DNA from: Candidatus Methylomirabilota bacterium
Lineage (GTDB): Bacteria > Methylomirabilota > Methylomirabilia > Rokubacteriales > CSP1-6
DNA: 19,129 nt
Direction: 5' to 3'
Assembly (NCBI GenBank): GCA_046726415.1
Contig: JBKPAK010000249.1
Span: 1 to 19,129 of the forward strand
Under the pieces are notes generated by a model. It was not told where the DNA came from. It worked only from the letters and a program-made list of their open reading frames with translations, and searched no databases. Shown here piece by piece: positions 14,498 to 19,129 of the stretch (positions within the stretch are counted from its first letter, which is position 1; each line of letters starts with the position of its first letter). Position numbers and translations under genes: made by a program.

Positions 14498-15097
14498 ATG
14501 AGGACGCAGAACTTGCTCGGTCAGTTCTTCCTGGTTCTTTCGCTCGTCCCGGGAACGGCATGGGCGCAGGCGCCCGCGGCCAGCCCTAAGGATCTGAAGG
14601 CCGAGGAACGAGTCGACTATCGGATCGGACCCGAGGATCTCCTCGACATCGCGGTGTGGAACAACGCCTCCATCAGCCGGACCACGCCCGTGCGGCCGGA
14701 CGGGAAGATTTCGCTTCCCCTTCTGAACGACGTACAGGCGGCCGGCCTCACGCCGACCCAGCTCAGCGAGGGCATCGCCAAGAAGCTGGCCGAATACATG
14801 CCGAATCCCGAGGTCTCGGTGATCGTGCGCGAAGTCAACCACTTCAAGGTCTCCGTGCTTGGCGAGGTCAAGAAGCCGGGCCGCTATGACTTCCGGAGTC
14901 AGGCCACCGTGCTGGACGCGCTGGCCGTGGCCGGAGGACTCAGCGACTTCGCGTCGCGCTCGCGCATCGTCATCCTCCGCAACAACAGCAGCGGAACGCA
15001 GCAGCGCATTCCGGTCAACTACAACAAGATCGTCTCGGCCGATGCGCCGCCGGGCAATTTCTATCTCCAGCCGGGCGACATCATCCTGGTCCCGTAG
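14498..15097 (+). CDS. wza: Short polysaccharide export OPX/Wza-family protein (199 aa)
   Basis: AGGAGG SD, signal peptide ending AWA-Q, PES motif YRIGPEDLLDI..VRPDGKISLPL..AAGLT, SLBB VLGEVKKPG, ends LQPGDIILVP. Confidence 0.9.
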   Translation: MRTQNLLGQFFLVLSLVPGTAWAQAPAASPKDLKAEERVDYRIGPEDLLDIAVWNNASISRTTPVRPDGKISLPLLNDVQAAGLTPTQLSEGIAKKLAEYMPNPEVSVIVREVNHFKVSVLGEVKKPGRYDFRSQATVLDALAVAGGLSDFASRSRIVILRNNSSGTQQRIPVNYNKIVSADAPPGNFYLQPGDIILVP

Positions 15098-15151
15098 CCG
15101 TGGGGCGGAACCGCGCGTCGTCCACTGGTCGTTCAGCCGGAGGAGCGTCGA

Positions 15152-16672
15152 ATGCCTGACCATCCCTGGCCCGTGTCCGGCCTCCCGCCCAGCCTCCACA
15201 TGTTCTGGCGTCGCAAGTGGCTCGGGCTGGTCTGCTTCGCGGCCACCTTCGCGATCCTGGCCGGGGTGGTGGCCGGAGTGCCGTCGCTCTATCAGGCGAG
15301 CAGCACCGTGCTGGTGGACCGCCAGCAAGTGCCCGACGCCTTCGTGCGTTCTGCCGTGGTCGGCGAGGTGGAGACCCAACTGCACACCGTCAGTCAGCAG
15401 GTCCTGAGTCGGACGCGGCTCGAGGACTTGATCAACCGCTTCGATCTCTATCCCGATCTTCGCCGGAACGCCCCGTCCGAAGCGGTGCTGGAGCAGATGC
15501 GGCGCGACACTCGGTTCGAGGTCAAGGCCGTCGAGCAACCGGGCGGCCGCGCCGCGGCCATCGCGTTCTCGCTGAGCTACCGAGGATGGGATCCTGAGCT
15601 GGTGGCCAAGGTCAGCAACGCGCTCGCCTCGCTCTACGTCGAGGAGAATTCCATGGGGCGCGAGCGCCGGGCGGCCGAGACGGCCGCCTTTCTCAAGACG
15701 CAGCTCGACGACATGAAGCGCAAGCTGGAGGACGAGGAGCGCCGGATGGGTCAGCGCCCCTCGCGAATGGAAGCGGACATTGTCGCCCTCGAAGGACTGA
15801 GCACGCGGCTACGCCTGAACAGCGACCGACAAATGCGCGCCATGGACCGCCGCGACCGCCTCGCGCGCGAGCCCGGCACCGCCGCGGAGGCCCCGGCGTC
15901 GCCGGACGCCCTCAGCGCGCGGCTGGCCACGCTCAAGCAAGAGTTGGCCGTGCTGCGCACCCGGTTCACCGAGAAGTACCCGGATGTCATCCGCACCAAG
16001 GGCGATATCGCCGCTCTGGAACAGCGCCTTCGGGAGACGCCGCCCGACACCCGCCCGGCGGCCGCCCCGCGCCCGACGCGAGATGGCGCCAACGAAGCGA
16101 ACGCCGAGCTGAAAGCGCTGCAGGAGGAAGAGCGCACCCTCCGGCTCAGCCTGGCCGCGCTCGAGCGCCGAATCGAGAGCGCTCCCCAGCGCGAGCAGGA
16201 GTTTCAGCAGCGGGCCCGCAACTACACCATGACGAAAGAACTCTACGATTCGCTGCTGAAGCGGTACGAGGACGCCCAGGTCGCCGAAAGCATGGAGCAT
16301 GGGCGGAAGGGTGAGCGCTTCGCCCTGCTCGACGCGGCGGTGCCGCCCAAGGCCCCGCTCGCCCCTCACCGCTTGCTGCTGATGCTGGTGAGTCTCGGCC
16401 TCTCGTCGGGCGTCGCGCTGGGCGCCATCATCCTGGCGGAGCGATTCGACACCTCGTTTCACTCGCCAGATGACCTCAAGAGGTTCACGCGAGTTCCCGT
16501 GGTGGCGGGCATCCCGCGCCTCGACACCGAGGCCGACCTCGCACGGCGCCGACGGCACCGCGGGTGGCTGGCCGTCGGCGCGGTCGTCATGGTGGCGCTG
16601 ATGGCCGGCGGGTCGTACATGGTCGCCCAGGACAATGAGGGCCTGGCCCGGACCTTGGCCCGGGCCAACTGA
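15152..16672 (+). CDS. Polysaccharide co-polymerase / chain-length determinant (GumC/Wzc N-terminal type)
   Basis: GGAGGAG SD, N-terminal TM and YQASSTVLV, coiled coil with FTEKYPDV, Pro-rich motif before the second TM (PPKAPLAP), third C-terminal TM. Confidence 0.88.
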   Translation: MPDHPWPVSGLPPSLHMFWRRKWLGLVCFAATFAILAGVVAGVPSLYQASSTVLVDRQQVPDAFVRSAVVGEVETQLHTVSQQVLSRTRLEDLINRFDLYPDLRRNAPSEAVLEQMRRDTRFEVKAVEQPGGRAAAIAFSLSYRGWDPELVAKVSNALASLYVEENSMGRERRAAETAAFLKTQLDDMKRKLEDEERRMGQRPSRMEADIVALEGLSTRLRLNSDRQMRAMDRRDRLAREPGTAAEAPASPDALSARLATLKQELAVLRTRFTEKYPDVIRTKGDIAALEQRLRETPPDTRPAAAPRPTRDGANEANAELKALQEEERTLRLSLAALERRIESAPQREQEFQQRARNYTMTKELYDSLLKRYEDAQVAESMEHGRKGERFALLDAAVPPKAPLAPHRLLLMLVSLGLSSGVALGAIILAERFDTSFHSPDDLKRFTRVPVVAGIPRLDTEADLARRRRHRGWLAVGAVVMVALMAGGSYMVAQDNEGLARTLARAN

Positions 16673-16680
16673 GACCGGCC

Positions 16681-17688
16681 ATGTACCTGGACTTCTACGG
16701 ACTGCGCGAGAAGCCGTTCAACCCCACCCCGGACCCGAAATTCCTCTATCTGACCACGGCCCATCGCGAGGCGTTGGCCCGACTGCTCTACGGGGTACAG
16801 GAGAGCCAGGGCTTCATCGTCCTCTTCGGGGAAGTCGGAACCGGTAAGACGACGCTCCTGCACACGTTGCTTCAGCGCCTCGACGGACGGGCGGCGGTGG
16901 CATTCATCCTGAACTCGACCTTGCCCTTCGACGGTTTGCTCGAGTACATGCTGGAGGATTTCGGGATCCACAGTGCCGGCACCACCACCGCCCAGCGCCT
17001 GGTCGCCTTGAATCGCTTCCTGATCGAGCGGCGACGAGAGGGCCAGAACGCGGTGCTCATCTTGGACGAGGCGCAGAACCTGTCCCCGGCCACCCTCGAG
17101 CAGGTGCGGCTGCTGTCGAACTTCGAGACCCCCACCTGCAAGTTGCTCCAGATTCTGATGGTGGGGCAACCGGAGCTACGGCCCAAGCTCGACCGCCCGG
17201 AGTTACGCCAGCTCCGGCAGCGAATCGGCGTCCAGTGCGCGATCGGGCCGCTGACGACCGAGGAGACCGGTGAGTACATCCGAAGCCGGTTGCGAGTGGC
17301 TGGTGGCCGGGACGTGCGGTTGTTCACCCCGGGCGCGGTGGGCCGCGTCGCGCAGTACAGCGGCGGCGTGCCCCGACTCATCAACATGGTCTGCGATCAC
17401 TGCCTGCTCATCGGGTATTCCGAGCAGACGCGACGCGTGGATCGCGACATCGTCGAGCGAGCCATCGAGGAGATAGAGTCCGGTCGGCGTCCCCTTCAGG
17501 CCAGAGGCATTCGCTGGCGACCGGCCCCATCGCTGTTGCGGTGGGCCCTGGGCGGAGTCGGCGCGGCCACCGTGGCCGGCCTCGCCGTGCTGGCGTGGGG
17601 GGGAGATGGACTGGGCGGCCTCGCGAATCTCATCCTCGGCGAAGTTCTCGATCTCGCTCGGGAAGCCCGAGATTTGGTGATGCGATGA
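16681..17688 (+). CDS. ExeA-like AAA ATPase
   Basis: MYLDFYGLREKPF..TPDP, Walker A GEVGTGKT, Walker B LILDEAQ, GQPEL, GGVPRLIN, C-terminal TM. Confidence 0.9.
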   Translation: MYLDFYGLREKPFNPTPDPKFLYLTTAHREALARLLYGVQESQGFIVLFGEVGTGKTTLLHTLLQRLDGRAAVAFILNSTLPFDGLLEYMLEDFGIHSAGTTTAQRLVALNRFLIERRREGQNAVLILDEAQNLSPATLEQVRLLSNFETPTCKLLQILMVGQPELRPKLDRPELRQLRQRIGVQCAIGPLTTEETGEYIRSRLRVAGGRDVRLFTPGAVGRVAQYSGGVPRLINMVCDHCLLIGYSEQTRRVDRDIVERAIEEIESGRRPLQARGIRWRPAPSLLRWALGGVGAATVAGLAVLAWGGDGLGGLANLILGEVLDLAREARDLVMR

Positions 17689-18614
17689 GCACATTTTTCA
17701 GGGCCCTCGAGCAAGCGGAGCGAGACCGGGCTCGCGGACGCGGCGAACACCCCCCCGCGGAAACCGAATCGCTCGCTCCGGCACCCGAGCGTCCAGGTGA
17801 GCGTTCCGGCCCCACAGAGGGGGACGAGTATCCCGCGGCGCCCGCGAGCGCCCCCGCGGCGCCAATCGACCGCGTGCCGACATGGGTTCTCGATGTTTCG
17901 ACGCACGCGCACGACGGCCGCCGGTCGGACGGTGTGATCGACGCGCCCTGGGGTGAGCTCGACGAGCACCTGGTGAGCCTGCTCCGGCCGAGTTCGACCG
18001 AAGCGGAACACTACCGCGCCCTCCGCCACACGATCCACGAGCTGCGCAAAACCGCCGGGCTGTCGGTGATCGCCATCTCCAGCCCCTCCGCGGGCGACGG
18101 CAAGACGACCACGGCAATCAACCTGGCAGGAGCACTCGCCCAGGCGCCTCATGCGCAAGTTCTTCTCGCCGATCTGGACCTTCGCGGCGCGACGGTGGCC
18201 GACCGCCTCGGGTTGAAGGAGCTGGCCGGACCCGGGCTGGTTCACGCGATCCTGAACGCGGACGTCGCGCTCGAGGACGTCGTGCAGCGCTATGAGGCTT
18301 ACAACCTCTCCGTACTACCCGCCGGATCGTCGATGGTGGCGCCCTACGAGCTCCTCGAATCGCCGCGGCTGGGGACGCTCCTCGACCACGCGCGGCAACA
18401 GTACGATTACGTCGTGCTGGACACGCCTCCGATCGTGGGCGTGGCCGACGGTCGCGTCATCGGCCGGTGGGTCGACGGGTTCTTCCTCGTGGTTGCCGCG
18501 CACGTGACCCCGCGCCGCTTGCTCGAGGAGGCGCTGAACCTCATGGAGCCGTCCAAGCTGATGGGACTCGTGTTCAACAAGGTCGACCCACCAGGGCTGA
18601 GCTATTACCGCTGA
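17685..18614 (+). CDS. CpsD/CapB-family bacterial tyrosine kinase (309 aa)
   Basis: MSTFFRALEQAE start (ATGA overlap), EHYRALR, Walker A SPSAGDGKT, A' LADLD, Walker B VLDTPP, C-terminal SYYR. Confidence 0.9.
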   Translation: MSTFFRALEQAERDRARGRGEHPPAETESLAPAPERPGERSGPTEGDEYPAAPASAPAAPIDRVPTWVLDVSTHAHDGRRSDGVIDAPWGELDEHLVSLLRPSSTEAEHYRALRHTIHELRKTAGLSVIAISSPSAGDGKTTTAINLAGALAQAPHAQVLLADLDLRGATVADRLGLKELAGPGLVHAILNADVALEDVVQRYEAYNLSVLPAGSSMVAPYELLESPRLGTLLDHARQQYDYVVLDTPPIVGVADGRVIGRWVDGFFLVVAAHVTPRRLLEEALNLMEPSKLMGLVFNKVDPPGLSYYR

Positions 18615-18626
18615 GCGCGCGTTCGC

Positions 18627-18642
18627 TGGACGCGCGCTTGCA
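18627..18642 (+). promoter_or_regulatory. Putative internal sigma54 promoter overlapping a 9-bp inverted repeat
   Basis: TGGACGCGCGCTTGCA (GG-N10-GC), 17 nt before ATG 18658. Inverted repeat AGCGCGCGT..ACGCGCGCT spans 18614-18638. Confidence 0.45.
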
Positions 18643-18657
18643 ATCATCCTCAATAGC

Positions 18658-19129
18658 ATGGCCATCGTTCTCGCGCTCCTCGAAGGTGGTGCCCTGTTCG
18701 CGGCGCTGTGGCTGATGGGGCTCGTCGCCCCCTGGCCGGCGGCGGCTGCCGTCGGCTGGCCTGGCGTCCTCGCCGTTTCGGCCATTACCGCCCTGTACTA
18801 CACCGATTGCTACGATCTCCGCCGCGTGTCGAGCGTGAGCCGGTTCGCCCCCCGGCTGCTCCGGTGCGTGGCCCTGGCGTCAGTGCCCCTGGGCGCCTAC
18901 TCCGTGGTGGTCCCGCATGCCGGGACCACCGCGATGGCCACGCTCCTGCTCTTGGTCGGGCTGCCCACCGCCGTCCGCGGTCTGCTCTATCGCGCCGTGC
19001 GCAGCGCGCCCTTCGCGGAGCGGATCCTCATCGTCGGCTCCGGTCCGCTGGCGCAAAAGGTGGCCGAGGTGATCCAGACGCAATCGGGCCACCGGTACGT
19101 CACCGTCGGGATGATCGATGGCGCGCCAG
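18658..19129 (+). CDS. Priming sugar-phosphate transferase (WcaJ/WbaP-like), N-terminal part, truncated by the window end
   Basis: My translation: MAIVLALLEGGALF.. four TM segments, LYYTDCYDLR, then Rossmann-like ERILIVGSGPLAQKVA..YVTVGMID. Absent from the ORF track because there is no stop in the window. Confidence 0.8.
   Translation, partial: MAIVLALLEGGALFAALWLMGLVAPWPAAAAVGWPGVLAVSAITALYYTDCYDLRRVSSVSRFAPRLLRCVALASVPLGAYSVVVPHAGTTAMATLLLLVGLPTAVRGLLYRAVRSAPFAERILIVGSGPLAQKVAEVIQTQSGHRYVTVGMIDGAP

Noticed and set aside
12861-15538. Long antisense ORFs (566 and 415 aa; similar ones at 7671-9176, 6356-7441, 3490-4563)
   Set aside because: Shadow ORFs of GC-rich coding sequence with no recognisable motifs.

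Overview
GC-rich bacterial chromosomal window (my impression from gene style is Rokubacteria/Methylomirabilota-like, not verified). It has four modules. (1) 5-3111: rhodanese-like protein, frameshifted DAG-kinase-family lipid kinase, UPF0104/flippase-like membrane protein and PAP2 phosphatase. (2) 3182-7183: a translationally coupled NHEJ/gap-repair-like operon of stand-alone LigD phosphoesterase, polymerase-dead PolX-PHP, an uncharacterised possibly YaaA/DUF328-like protein and a stand-alone LigD/PrimPol polymerase. It has no Ku or ligase, only a possible 8-codon ligase stub, and is followed by a single-chain transketolase. (3) 9325-13630: stand-alone receiver protein, a small repeat-containing ORF, an outer-membrane beta-barrel and an rsbRST stressosome module whose RsbR lacks both canonical phospho-Thr and whose 3' end is triplicated as a 33-bp tandem repeat. 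(4) 13743-end: polysaccharide export cluster led by a NusG paralog with a structured leader, then short OPX/Wza, polysaccharide co-polymerase, ExeA-like ATPase, BY-kinase and a partial priming sugar transferase. At least eight sigma54-type (-24/-12) promoter matches lie in intergenic gaps. Four of them sit 14-17 nt before a start codon, suggesting sigma54-driven near-leaderless mRNAs.
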